A stretch of 64,000 nt of DNA, taken from NCBI GenBank assembly GCA_964404855.1, contig CAYOLO010000001.1, positions 94,245 through 158,244 of the forward strand, given 5' to 3'. The notes below the pieces were generated by a model that saw only the letters and a list, made by a program, of their open reading frames with translations, was not told where the DNA came from and did not search any database. Below are positions 16,908 to 25,765 of the stretch, piece after piece (position 1 is the first letter of the stretch; each line of letters begins with the position of its first letter). The DNA comes from an uncultured Gammaproteobacteria bacterium. GTDB taxonomy: Bacteria > Patescibacteriota > Microgenomatia > CAYQLK01. Position numbers and translations under genes: made by a program.

Positions 16908-18641
16908 TCAGGAAATTTTTTGGTCGGTGGAACCTGGAGTGTCGTCGTCTATTAAGGTTGTAATTATGCCAGTTTGAGGAGTTTCTTTTCTAATGGTTGA
17001 GCGGATTTTTCTGGCAAGTGACCAGAAAAGACGAATTTCTTCGACTCTTAAAACATGCGTTAAAAATAAATAAACTGTAAAACCAGCGGCAGTAGAAATG
17101 CCTGTAAGAATAATTAGATTAACCGTTTTGGTGGTGTCAAAAATAAGTTGATCAAGAAGTTTGATGGGGATGTACAAACTAAGAGCCATAAAAAATCCTG
17201 CGGTAAATATTTTGAATGCCGGAAGAAGCAGTTCATGACGAGAGAATTTGCCAACTTTGCGGTCAAGAAAAATAATTAATAAGGTTAGATTGATAATCGC
17301 TGAAATCGAACCAGACAATCCCAATGCCCAAACGGGGAGGATTAATATTTTGACAAAAATTAGACTTAAAACAATATTTGTTCCGACGGAAATTAAGCCA
17401 ATTTTTAAGGGTGTTACTGTATCGTGAAATGCATAAAAAGCACGAACGATTAGCAATAAAACGCTTTGGGCGGCAATTCCAAACGAAAGAGTGGCAAGCG
17501 TTCTACCTGTTAGTACAGTTGCCGGCCAATCAAACTCGCTGGCACCGAAAATAAGTCTAACTAATGGGATTCTTAAAACGATTAAACAAATTGCAGCCGG
17601 CACGACCAAAAAAAGCATCTGGTGCATGGAGGTCAAAATTGTTTTTTTGAAAGCTTCGATGTTGTTTTTGGCATATTCAAGGGAAAGTGCTGGAAGTGCA
17701 GCTTGGGCAATTGTGGCACCAAAAAGTCCTATTGGAACAACATATAAGTGACTGGCAAAGTTAAATGCGACCACACTTTTGGCGGAAATAATAGAAGCTA
17801 AAGCGATATCGACTGTTTCGTTTATTTGGGAGGCAAACATTCCGACACTACGAGGAAGGCCGAGACGGAGAAGTTTGACAAGGCTTGGCTCTTTGAAATT
17901 GAGAACAAATTGATAATTAAAACCTGAAGCATAGATTGCTGGAACCTGAATCAGAAAATGCATAATTGCACCCAAAACGACACCAATGGCTGGACCATAA
18001 ATACCGAGATTGTTGGAAAGTAGTACTGCGCCTAAAATAATGCCTAAGTTGTAAAAAACCGGCGCTAGAGCGGGTATCAAAAATCTCTGACTTGACTGTA
18101 ATATTCCTGTAAAAAAACTAGAAACAGCCAAAAATATTTGGGAAATAATCATTACCCTTGTCAGATTGACCAGAGTTGCGTGTTGAGCTGGATCGGCAAC
18201 TAACCCTGGAGCGATTAAGGCAACAAGCGGCTCAACAAAGATAAAACAAATCAAAGAAATTGCAACAAAGAATAGAAAAGCGATATTAATAATGTTACTG
18301 ACCGTACTCCAGAGTTTTTTCGCTTCTTGTTTTTGGGAAAGATCGGTAAAAATTGGAATGAACGAAACAGTAATTGTTCCAAATATTAAAACCTGAAAAA
18401 TAAAGTCAGGCAGGCGGAAAGCTGCCAAGTATGCAGCTAGGTCTGGGCCTGAACCAAAATATGCGGCAAGTAATCGGTCTCTGACTAAGCCTAATATTCT
18501 GGAAGCCAGTGAAAGCCCCATAATAAGGAAGGCAGCTGAAAGAATTGTTTTCTGCTTACGAAAAAGAAACTGTTGAGCCGCGCTAAGAGCTTTGGATTGT
18601 GATTGGGCTTTTGGAATCTTGGTTTTATTGGTTTTTGGCAT
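16908..18641 (-). CDS. murJ: Lipid II flippase MurJ (MviN)
   Basis: SRILGLVRD, AFRLPD, FIPIF, about 14 TM segments. Confidence 0.95.
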   Translation of the reverse strand: MPKTNKTKIPKAQSQSKALSAAQQFLFRKQKTILSAAFLIMGLSLASRILGLVRDRLLAAYFGSGPDLAAYLAAFRLPDFIFQVLIFGTITVSFIPIFTDLSQKQEAKKLWSTVSNIINIAFLFFVAISLICFIFVEPLVALIAPGLVADPAQHATLVNLTRVMIISQIFLAVSSFFTGILQSSQRFLIPALAPVFYNLGIILGAVLLSNNLGIYGPAIGVVLGAIMHFLIQVPAIYASGFNYQFVLNFKEPSLVKLLRLGLPRSVGMFASQINETVDIALASIISAKSVVAFNFASHLYVVPIGLFGATIAQAALPALSLEYAKNNIEAFKKTILTSMHQMLFLVVPAAICLIVLRIPLVRLIFGASEFDWPATVLTGRTLATLSFGIAAQSVLLLIVRAFYAFHDTVTPLKIGLISVGTNIVLSLIFVKILILPVWALGLSGSISAIINLTLLIIFLDRKVGKFSRHELLLPAFKIFTAGFFMALSLYIPIKLLDQLIFDTTKTVNLIILTGISTAAGFTVYLFLTHVLRVEEIRLFWSLARKIRSTIRKETPQTGIITTLIDDDTPGSTDQKIS

Positions 18642-18710
18642 TAAAAATGTTTAGGGTGTAATTGTTTAGACGGCAAGATTGTATAGAAGCACTAGAATTA
18701 AGTATATAGC

Positions 18711-18854
18711 TTGCGTTTTGACAGCCTCAAGTGCTAGAATTGCGCAGCTTCGGAGTTAAAGTTAAAATTCTAAAGCAGTGAGTGCCTCTTAAGAATTACT
18801 CGCTAAAAATAATTTGAAATTCTGCTTCCAGCAAATTTCACTTTAATTTTAGCT
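18711..18854 (+). promoter_or_regulatory. rpsT promoter and structured 5' leader
   Basis: TTGCGT-18 nt-TAGAAT with extended TG; 13-bp stem 18754-18766/18842-18854 enclosing two hairpins. Confidence 0.55.
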
Positions 18855-18906
18855 ATGTCTTCTAATTGGCATTTAATTTTATTTATAAAATTATTTTAAT
18901 TGAATA

Positions 18907-19212
18907 ATGCCAATTATTAAGTCAGCGATTAAAAAAATGCGTCAGGACAAGGTCCGAACCGCACGAAATGCAAAAATAAAATCAAACATTAAAAGAGTTT
19001 TGAAGAATGTCCGCAAGGATGTTGCTAACCCAAAACTTGGATCTGAAGTTTTTTCAACTTTGGACAGAGCAAGTAAAAAGGGATTTATTTCTAAGAGAAA
19101 AGCCTCAAGACTCAAATCTAGAATGGCAAAAGCTGCTTCAAAAGTTAGCACAGCTACAGTTGCCAAATCTCCTGTTAAGACAACCAAAACGGTTGTTAAA
19201 AAATCCAAATAA
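18907..19212 (+). CDS. rpsT: 30S ribosomal protein S20
   Basis: MPIIKSAIKKMRQ...RN...LDRASKKG...KASRLKSR. Confidence 0.96.
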   Translation: MPIIKSAIKKMRQDKVRTARNAKIKSNIKRVLKNVRKDVANPKLGSEVFSTLDRASKKGFISKRKASRLKSRMAKAASKVSTATVAKSPVKTTKTVVKKSK

Positions 19213-19272
19213 TTAGCTTAAAATAGTTTTTTAGAGGTTGCCAAAAGTCTCCTGCTTTGGTAAATTTACCCT

Positions 19273-19503
19273 ATGAGAAAGTTAACTGCCTTGCCACTTG
19301 CGGCTGCAACATATTTAACCCAAGTATCTGGCGCATTTGCGGCTGGAACAACTCCAGCTAAGGTAGCTACCCCCTCCTCTTCCACAGCTAGTTCAACTTT
19401 GCCAAACACTGGCGTTTTTGAACCAACCGTATTGGTTTTTGTAGCCGCTGTAGGACTATTGTTTGTTGGGGCGTACTACGTAAATCGCGCTTTTTCGAAA
19501 TAG
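19273..19503 (+). CDS. Small secreted protein with an LPxTG-type sorting signal
   Basis: Signal peptide ending AFA, Ser/Thr-rich spacer, LPNTG, TM helix, basic tail. Confidence 0.7.
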   Translation: MRKLTALPLAAATYLTQVSGAFAAGTTPAKVATPSSSTASSTLPNTGVFEPTVLVFVAAVGLLFVGAYYVNRAFSK

Positions 19504-19589
19504 ATATTATTTTCCTATTTTTTGGGAACAGAATTGGTGAGTGACTAGAATTTAATAATTTTGGTTGCTTGCTTTTTTTGTGGAAAAAA

Positions 19590-20795
19590 CTAGTTAGACG
19601 GAGTTGGTGTTGGGACTGGATAAAGCGTGTCTTGGATAAACTTGTGAATCTGATCAAGATTACCTGAAGCTGGAGTTAAAACGTATTGGAGACCATAGGT
19701 GTTCGAGATGGGCGGGTTGATAAGAAGCGGATTGTCTCCATCAGTTGAGATAACTGAAGAAGATATTTGTCCTGCTCTGGCCTGTTGGAATAGTTCGAAA
19801 AAGTCTGGGAATTCTGAAGGCGAAATATTAGTGTCGATTGACTGACTAAAGGTATTGTAAAGCGAAAGGATTTTGGTTGGATTAAAAACTCCCTCAAGTG
19901 AGAAGATTTTGTCTTTGACAGCACTAATTACTTTTTCTTGACGCTTAGAACGAGCAAAGTCGGAGTTTTCGTCATTAGTGCCTTTTCTGGAGCGGACATA
20001 TTTAAGTGCTGTTTGACCATCCATGTGAGTAAGCCCTGCCTCAAAATGCAGATGTTCGTACCTGCAAGTAAAAGGGTCCTCGCCTTCTACTATTTGATTG
20101 TTGGAATCAAGAAGTTTAATTCTTCCGACTCCATCTCCATCTGTAACGGTTTCATATTTTAGACCACACATGTTTTTTTCTTCGCCACTAATTGGATACA
20201 TATAATCATCGAAGGTTTGGTCGACAATGATATCGACGCCGCCAAGTTCGTCTATAGCTCTGGTAAAGCCGTTAAAGTCCAGGCGAACGACATAATGGAT
20301 TGGTACACCCAATATCTCACTAACAGCGTCTGAGGCCTGAGCAATGCCCTGAGTTTTGCTTTTTTCGACGCCAAAAGCATAAGCTGTATTAATTTTGGCT
20401 TTTATGGAATCAACCCAAAAATCTCTTGGGATAGAAATCAGGTTGGTGTTTTTGGTGTTCTGATTGTAGGAAGCAAGAATAAGCGTATCGGTAAGGTTGG
20501 GACCATCGTGGCCTTCGCCACCAGTACCAAGAATAAGAATATTGGTTCTACCTCTGTCATTAATTATGTTTGGACCAGAATTGATAATAGGATTGTTGAG
20601 AATATTTTGCGTAGCGTTTCTTAAATAAGGAACAAAAACCGATGTTACAGCTAAAGCGAAAAAAGCAATTAATATAAGTCCAATTATTTTAAGTTTGCGA
20701 GAGGATTTTGCACTAACTTTGTCGGATTTTGTATTCGTACTTGCACTGATAACTTTCCCCTTTTTTTTAACAGGGGTTGAATTAAGGCTTTGCAT
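19590..20795 (-). CDS. LCP (LytR-CpsA-Psr) family glycopolymer transferase
   Basis: NILILG, TDTLIL, SIPRD, KINTAY, YVRSR, SDFARSKRQ. Confidence 0.94.
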   Translation of the reverse strand: MQSLNSTPVKKKGKVISASTNTKSDKVSAKSSRKLKIIGLILIAFFALAVTSVFVPYLRNATQNILNNPIINSGPNIINDRGRTNILILGTGGEGHDGPNLTDTLILASYNQNTKNTNLISIPRDFWVDSIKAKINTAYAFGVEKSKTQGIAQASDAVSEILGVPIHYVVRLDFNGFTRAIDELGGVDIIVDQTFDDYMYPISGEEKNMCGLKYETVTDGDGVGRIKLLDSNNQIVEGEDPFTCRYEHLHFEAGLTHMDGQTALKYVRSRKGTNDENSDFARSKRQEKVISAVKDKIFSLEGVFNPTKILSLYNTFSQSIDTNISPSEFPDFFELFQQARAGQISSSVISTDGDNPLLINPPISNTYGLQYVLTPASGNLDQIHKFIQDTLYPVPTPTPSN

Positions 20796-21457
20796 TATTT
20801 GCAGAGATTAATTATTTGATTAAATAAATTGATATCAGTTGAAGCTTTGCCAACTAGGGCACCGTCGATATTTTCTGCGTCAAAAAAATCTTTAATATTT
20901 TCGATTGTAACGCTGCCACCATATAACACAGTCTGACAGCCGGTTATATCTTTAATAGATTTAATTTTTTCATCTGCAACTTTGCCAGTTAAAGGCTGAG
21001 CACCTGGGTTGGTTGAAATTGATTCTTCCGGCTCGAAAGCCAAAACTAAATCTGAATAATCTCCTAAACTTTCAGAAGTAAGTTCAGAATAATTACCACA
21101 AACAATCGGATGAATATTTTGTCCTCTTAGATTCTCGACTTTTAGTTGAATATCATCGGCGGTAACACCAAAAAGTCGGCGAGTTTCGGAGTGTCCAACA
21201 AGCGAGTATTTTGCCAAACCTTGGATGATTTCAGCAGGAACTTGTCCGGTAAAGGCGCCAATTGATTTGACTGAAACATCTTGAGCGCCAAAAGAGATAT
21301 TGCCAGAAACCGGCAAATTTGCAATTGCTCCAAGAACAGGGAAACTGGGACAGACAACAATTTCTAGAGAAGAGTCGGAGATATTTGTAAACCAATCACT
21401 TGCCTGATCAACGGTAAGGTTAGCCTTCCAGTTGGCGACAAGCATGAAATTTTTCAT
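20795..21457 (-). CDS. tpiA: Triosephosphate isomerase
   Basis: ANWK, GAFTG, GHSETR, AFEP, LYGGSV. Confidence 0.93.
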   Translation of the reverse strand: MKNFMLVANWKANLTVDQASDWFTNISDSSLEIVVCPSFPVLGAIANLPVSGNISFGAQDVSVKSIGAFTGQVPAEIIQGLAKYSLVGHSETRRLFGVTADDIQLKVENLRGQNIHPIVCGNYSELTSESLGDYSDLVLAFEPEESISTNPGAQPLTGKVADEKIKSIKDITGCQTVLYGGSVTIENIKDFFDAENIDGALVGKASTDINLFNQIINLCK

Positions 21458-21462
21458 AATTT

Positions 21463-21729
21463 TCAGACAAGATTATCTGAAAGAAATTTGTCGAATTTGT
21501 CTGGAGTGGTTGCTCCTAAATGACGAGCAACTTCTACATCATCTTTTAAAATAATGTAGGTTGGGATTGAAGCGACATTATATTTAATGGAGTCATCGGG
21601 GGTTTCGTCGACGTTTATTTCTACGAATTCTATCTTCCCATCGTATTTTTTCTTCATATCTTCAATAATAGGATGCATCAGTTTGCATGGGCCACACCAC
21701 TCTGCCCAGAAATCAAGGAGTTTAATCAT
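21463..21729 (-). CDS. trxA: Thioredoxin
   Basis: DFWAEWCGPCK, SIPT. Confidence 0.93.
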   Translation of the reverse strand: MIKLLDFWAEWCGPCKLMHPIIEDMKKKYDGKIEFVEINVDETPDDSIKYNVASIPTYIILKDDVEVARHLGATTPDKFDKFLSDNLV

Positions 21730-21757
21730 ATTTTTAAAAAACTTAGAATACTTTTAT

Positions 21758-23539
21758 ATGGATAATAAGGAAATTTTAGCAGGTCTAAATACAGCACAAC
21801 AAGAAGCGGTTGAAAAAACTGATGGTCCAGTGCTGGTTTTGGCGGGAGCTGGGAGCGGAAAAACTAAGGTTTTGACTCAGAAGCTTTGTTATATTTTGGC
21901 CAACCAACTTGCCTATCCTTCAGAAATATTAATGGTGACATTTACCAATAAGGCGGCAGCGGAAATGAAGGAAAGAGTTGTTAAGCTGTTGGGAGAAAAT
22001 TCTGATTTGCCTTTTATGGGAACATTCCATTCTTATGGTGCGAGATTTTTGAGAATTGAGGGTCAACACCTAGGGCTTTCTTCAAATTTTGTGATTTATG
22101 ATGAAAAAGATAGTGTCGATTTAATAGGTACAGTGATGGAAGAGTTGAATATTGGCACCAAAACTACCAAACCTCAGGCGGTCAAATACAACATTAGCAG
22201 TGCAAAAAACGAAATGGTTTCGGCTAAAGAATATTTGGGATATGCCAAAGGTTATTTTCAGGAAACGGTCGCAAAAGTTTATTTGGGATATGAACAAAAA
22301 ATGCAGGAAGTGAATGCGGTTGATTTTGATGATTTACTTAAAAAAGTAGTTGACCTATTAAAAACAAATTCCGAACTAAAAGAAAAATATTCCAACAGAT
22401 ATAAATATGTTTTGGTTGATGAGTATCAAGACGTTAATGCGGCACAATATCAATTAACAAAAATACTATCTAGTAAACATGGAAATATCACTGTTGTTGG
22501 GGATGCATCTCAGGCGATTTATGCTTTTCGGGGAGCTGATTTTCGAAATATCGTTAATTTTGAAAAAGATTTTAAGGATGTAGAAGTTATTAACTTGGAG
22601 GAAAATTATAGATCAACAAACACGATTTTATCTGCAGCTAATACTGTAATTTCGCAAAACAGAAGCCATCCAGTGTTAAAGCTTTGGACAAAAAATGGAC
22701 AAGGAGAATTAATTAGACTTATTCAAGCACCAGACGAACAAGCAGAGGGAAATATTATTGCTTCGGTAATTATTAATTCTGGAAGAGATTTTGATGACTT
22801 TGCAATCCTCTATCGTACAAATGCTCAATCTCGCTCAATTGAAGAGTCATTAATAAAAAGTGGTGTGCCATATAACCTTGTTGGTGGGGTTAGGTTTTAT
22901 GACAGAAAAGAGATAAAAGATGTGTTGGCATACATGCGAATGATTGCCAATGAAAAAGATTTGGTAGCAAGGGAAAGAGTTATGAAATTGGGTAAACGAA
23001 AATATCAGCAATTTATTTTAAGAGTTGGCGAAATAAATAAAGAGCATCCGCCATCAGAAATATTGTCATCAGTACTAGAGATAAGTAATTATCTATCAAG
23101 GTTTGATGAAAAAGACCCTGAAGAAGCAGGGAGAGTTGAAAATATTCGGGAGCTTTCTTCGGTGGCTGAGAAGTTTGATAACTTGGATGAATTTTTGGAA
23201 AATGTTGCGCTTATGGAATCAGGGTCTGACTTAAGAAAGAACGGTGAGCACACTTCTGAAGTGACTTTGATGACGATTCATTCAGCTAAAGGATTGGAAT
23301 TCCCTGTGGTTTTTATGACCGGCATGGAAGAAGGTTTGTTCCCCCATTCTAGGTCTCTTATTGACCCAGCACAGCTCGAGGAAGAAAGAAGACTTTGCTA
23401 TGTTGGAATGACGAGGGCAAAAGAAGTATTGTTTTTGACTTACACCTCTAATCGACTATATTTTGGCGTCAGAGGAAGTAGTATTCCGTCACGATTTTTG
23501 GGTGATTTGCCGGAAGAATTGGTTAAAAATTTGTCGTAG
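21758..23539 (+). CDS. pcrA: UvrD/PcrA family DNA helicase (start revised to 21758)
   Basis: LNTAQQEAV, AGAGSGKT, VDEYQD, VGDASQAIY, TIHSAKGLEF, EERRLCYVGMTRA; the upstream extension overlaps trxA. Confidence 0.93.
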   Translation: MDNKEILAGLNTAQQEAVEKTDGPVLVLAGAGSGKTKVLTQKLCYILANQLAYPSEILMVTFTNKAAAEMKERVVKLLGENSDLPFMGTFHSYGARFLRIEGQHLGLSSNFVIYDEKDSVDLIGTVMEELNIGTKTTKPQAVKYNISSAKNEMVSAKEYLGYAKGYFQETVAKVYLGYEQKMQEVNAVDFDDLLKKVVDLLKTNSELKEKYSNRYKYVLVDEYQDVNAAQYQLTKILSSKHGNITVVGDASQAIYAFRGADFRNIVNFEKDFKDVEVINLEENYRSTNTILSAANTVISQNRSHPVLKLWTKNGQGELIRLIQAPDEQAEGNIIASVIINSGRDFDDFAILYRTNAQSRSIEESLIKSGVPYNLVGGVRFYDRKEIKDVLAYMRMIANEKDLVARERVMKLGKRKYQQFILRVGEINKEHPPSEILSSVLEISNYLSRFDEKDPEEAGRVENIRELSSVAEKFDNLDEFLENVALMESGSDLRKNGEHTSEVTLMTIHSAKGLEFPVVFMTGMEEGLFPHSRSLIDPAQLEEERRLCYVGMTRAKEVLFLTYTSNRLYFGVRGSSIPSRFLGDLPEELVKNLS

Positions 23540-23563
23540 ATAAAAAAAGAATAGAATATAAAA

Positions 23564-24559
23564 ATGATTAGGATTGCAGAGACTAATGATAAAAAGAGAT
23601 TTAGCGAATCAGCAAAGCATATCATGCAGAGCTGGGAGTGGGGTGAATTTCGAGAAAAAACCGGCAACAAGATATTGCGAATAATTGAAGAGAACGATAA
23701 AAATTGGAATGTTTTTTCTTTGACGGTACACAGTGTCCCAAAAACTAAATTTAATATTGGCTATATGCCAAAATCTATTTGGCCGAGTGAACAAGTTTTG
23801 GGATTTTTGGAGGAGTTGGCGAAAAAAGAAAATATTGTTTTTATAAAAATCGAGCCAGACGTAGAAATTGAAAAATTTAAGTTAAAAAAATCAAAAATAA
23901 AAATTATAAAAAGCCAAAAAGATATTTTTGCAAAAAGTACATTTTTGGTTGATTTAACAAAACTTGAAGAAGACCTGTTTAGGAGCCTTAATCAAAAAAC
24001 TCGTTATAACGTACGCGTTGCCCAAAAAAACAATGTGGTGGTTGAAGTTAGTGACAAGGTTGACGATTTTGTAAAACTGCAAAGAGAAACTGCAAAAAGA
24101 AATGGATTTTATTTACACCCTGACTCATACTACAAAACGGTTTTTGAACTATTTGCAGAAAAAAAAATGGCAAAGATAATTAGTGCTAAATATAAAGGAA
24201 AAATTTTGACCTCTTGGATGCTGTTTATCTTTAAGGATGTTTGGTATTACCCGTATGGCGGATCTAGTTCTGAACAGCGTAATTTGATGCACTCGAACTT
24301 AGTTGCATGGGAAGCTATTAAATTAGCCAAACGCGAAGGTGGCAAAATATTTGACATGTGGGGAGCGTTGGGAAAGAATCCAAATGAAAAGGATCCGTGG
24401 TATGGATTTCACCGTTTTAAGTCTGGTTACGGGGGGAAGTTGGTTGAATATCCTGGGGCTTATGATTTGGTTGTAAATCAAAAAATGTATCTACTTATGA
24501 ACACGGTTGATAAAGCTAGATGGGTATTTCTTAGGTTAAAAAAAAGGGTGGCTGTCTAG
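23564..24559 (+). CDS. FemABX family peptidoglycan bridge aminoacyltransferase
   Basis: MQSWEWGEF, IKIEP, KTRYNVR.A.K, YYPYGGS, FDMWG, GFHRFKSGYGG. Confidence 0.92.
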   Translation: MIRIAETNDKKRFSESAKHIMQSWEWGEFREKTGNKILRIIEENDKNWNVFSLTVHSVPKTKFNIGYMPKSIWPSEQVLGFLEELAKKENIVFIKIEPDVEIEKFKLKKSKIKIIKSQKDIFAKSTFLVDLTKLEEDLFRSLNQKTRYNVRVAQKNNVVVEVSDKVDDFVKLQRETAKRNGFYLHPDSYYKTVFELFAEKKMAKIISAKYKGKILTSWMLFIFKDVWYYPYGGSSSEQRNLMHSNLVAWEAIKLAKREGGKIFDMWGALGKNPNEKDPWYGFHRFKSGYGGKLVEYPGAYDLVVNQKMYLLMNTVDKARWVFLRLKKRVAV

Positions 24560-24602
24560 TCAAAAAGACTAAACAACCACCCACTGGCGATTCACAGAAG
24601 AG

Positions 24603-24998
24603 TCATCGCGCCCTTCTTGTCACACGCGGCAATTGTGTTCCTGAAGGTTCTACGCGGTATTTCTGCAGGATTCGGTCGACACCCTCGACGAGTGCGCGTT
24701 TTTGGAGAGGCTGCAAACCAGTGAAACCTGGAGTGACCAGGTGTTGATTTGGTTTGATCTGCTGGGCTTCTTGGTGATAGCCTGGATAATTCTCCAGTTC
24801 GAAAGCGAAGACGCCCTCGATTGCGTGGACAGTATCTTCGACCTTGCTGTCCGTGAGGAGCGCCCGACGATCGTAGGTTGGAATGGGTCGAAGTGTGTCA
24901 ATCCTCCCTTGGTTCATCAGCCTCCAGATGCTCTGGAGCCAAGCGGTAACTTCTTGCACGGCTTTCGCTCGCCGAACTTCGTCTTGTGTAACTTTCAT
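24603..24998 (-). CDS. Hypothetical protein (GC-rich operon, gene 3)
   Basis: 131-aa ORF whose ATG overlaps the stop of the upstream peptide ORF. Confidence 0.7.
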   Translation of the reverse strand: MKVTQDEVRRAKAVQEVTAWLQSIWRLMNQGRIDTLRPIPTYDRRALLTDSKVEDTVHAIEGVFAFELENYPGYHQEAQQIKPNQHLVTPGFTGLQPLQKRALVEGVDRILQKYRVEPSGTQLPRVTRRAR

Positions 24999-25144
24999 GG
25001 CAAAAGCGGCTCCAGTGTGCGGATAATCTTGTCCTTCTGATCAGGACAAATCCTGTCTGGGCGCATCGGCATGGGTTTTGACGGTGAGAACGGGGTGGTT
25101 GAAGGTGAGGTTCGAGTCGGTGCGGTGGTTGGACTACTGGGCAT
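24995..25144 (-). CDS. Unannotated 49-aa Pro/Ser/Thr-rich peptide
   Basis: AAAGGAGG SD; MPSSPTTAPTRTSPSTTPFSPSKPMPMRPDRICPDQKDKIIRTLEPLLP; ATGA overlap with the next gene. Confidence 0.75.
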   Translation of the reverse strand: MPSSPTTAPTRTSPSTTPFSPSKPMPMRPDRICPDQKDKIIRTLEPLLP

Positions 25145-25174
25145 GTCTAGATGTTCCTCCTTTGAAATATGAAT

Positions 25175-25663
25175 CTAGTCGGTCTCGCTGTCTAACAGCT
25201 TCCAAGTGTCAGGATCGCCGAGATGACGCTTGTCGTGTCTGGTAAAACGTCGATCAAGCGAAGGATCTGCGCTATCAGGAATTCCCAGATCAGGAAACTG
25301 AAATGCGCGGAGGAGGGCGAAGGTTTTTTTGAGCAGGCCGACTCCGATGTTTACGGTGCCGTCCATACTCATGTCTCCGGTTTTGACACAACTCTTGATC
25401 AACCAAAGATCCTCTTCGGTAACGAGAATTTCTTCATAGTTATCCTCGCACCCTTCATAAAAATCGCCGTTTGCAGGAACAAGTTCATCATAAAGATGTC
25501 CCAGTCCTGAAAGAAGCGATCGGTTTGGGTCAACCTCTAAGTATGCTGTTGATCCGCGCTGCTCTGGATGAGGTGACTGTGGAATACCATCGATTGAGTC
25601 CACAAGGTGGACGACTTCGTAGACGTTGAGCTTGAGTCCAAGGACTCTTGCGTTGTCAGACAT
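25175..25663 (-). CDS. Hypothetical protein (GC-rich operon, gene 1)
   Basis: 162-aa acidic ORF with AAGGAGG SD; upstream TATAAT at 25750-25745. Confidence 0.72.
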   Translation of the reverse strand: MSDNARVLGLKLNVYEVVHLVDSIDGIPQSPHPEQRGSTAYLEVDPNRSLLSGLGHLYDELVPANGDFYEGCEDNYEEILVTEEDLWLIKSCVKTGDMSMDGTVNIGVGLLKKTFALLRAFQFPDLGIPDSADPSLDRRFTRHDKRHLGDPDTWKLLDSETD

Positions 25664-25765
25664 TGATCCTCCTTGAAGACCGAGATGTTTTTCTGCGCTT
25701 TAGGATTAAGGTGCCAGAAAGCGTTAACTTTTCTGTTGGCGGAAATTATATACCTAATGTCTAAT

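Noticed and set aside
21587-21757. N-terminal extensions of pcrA and of PBP1A (30709-30798)
   Set aside because: They overlap divergent genes; family-like sequence or a -10 box points to starts at 21758 and 30799
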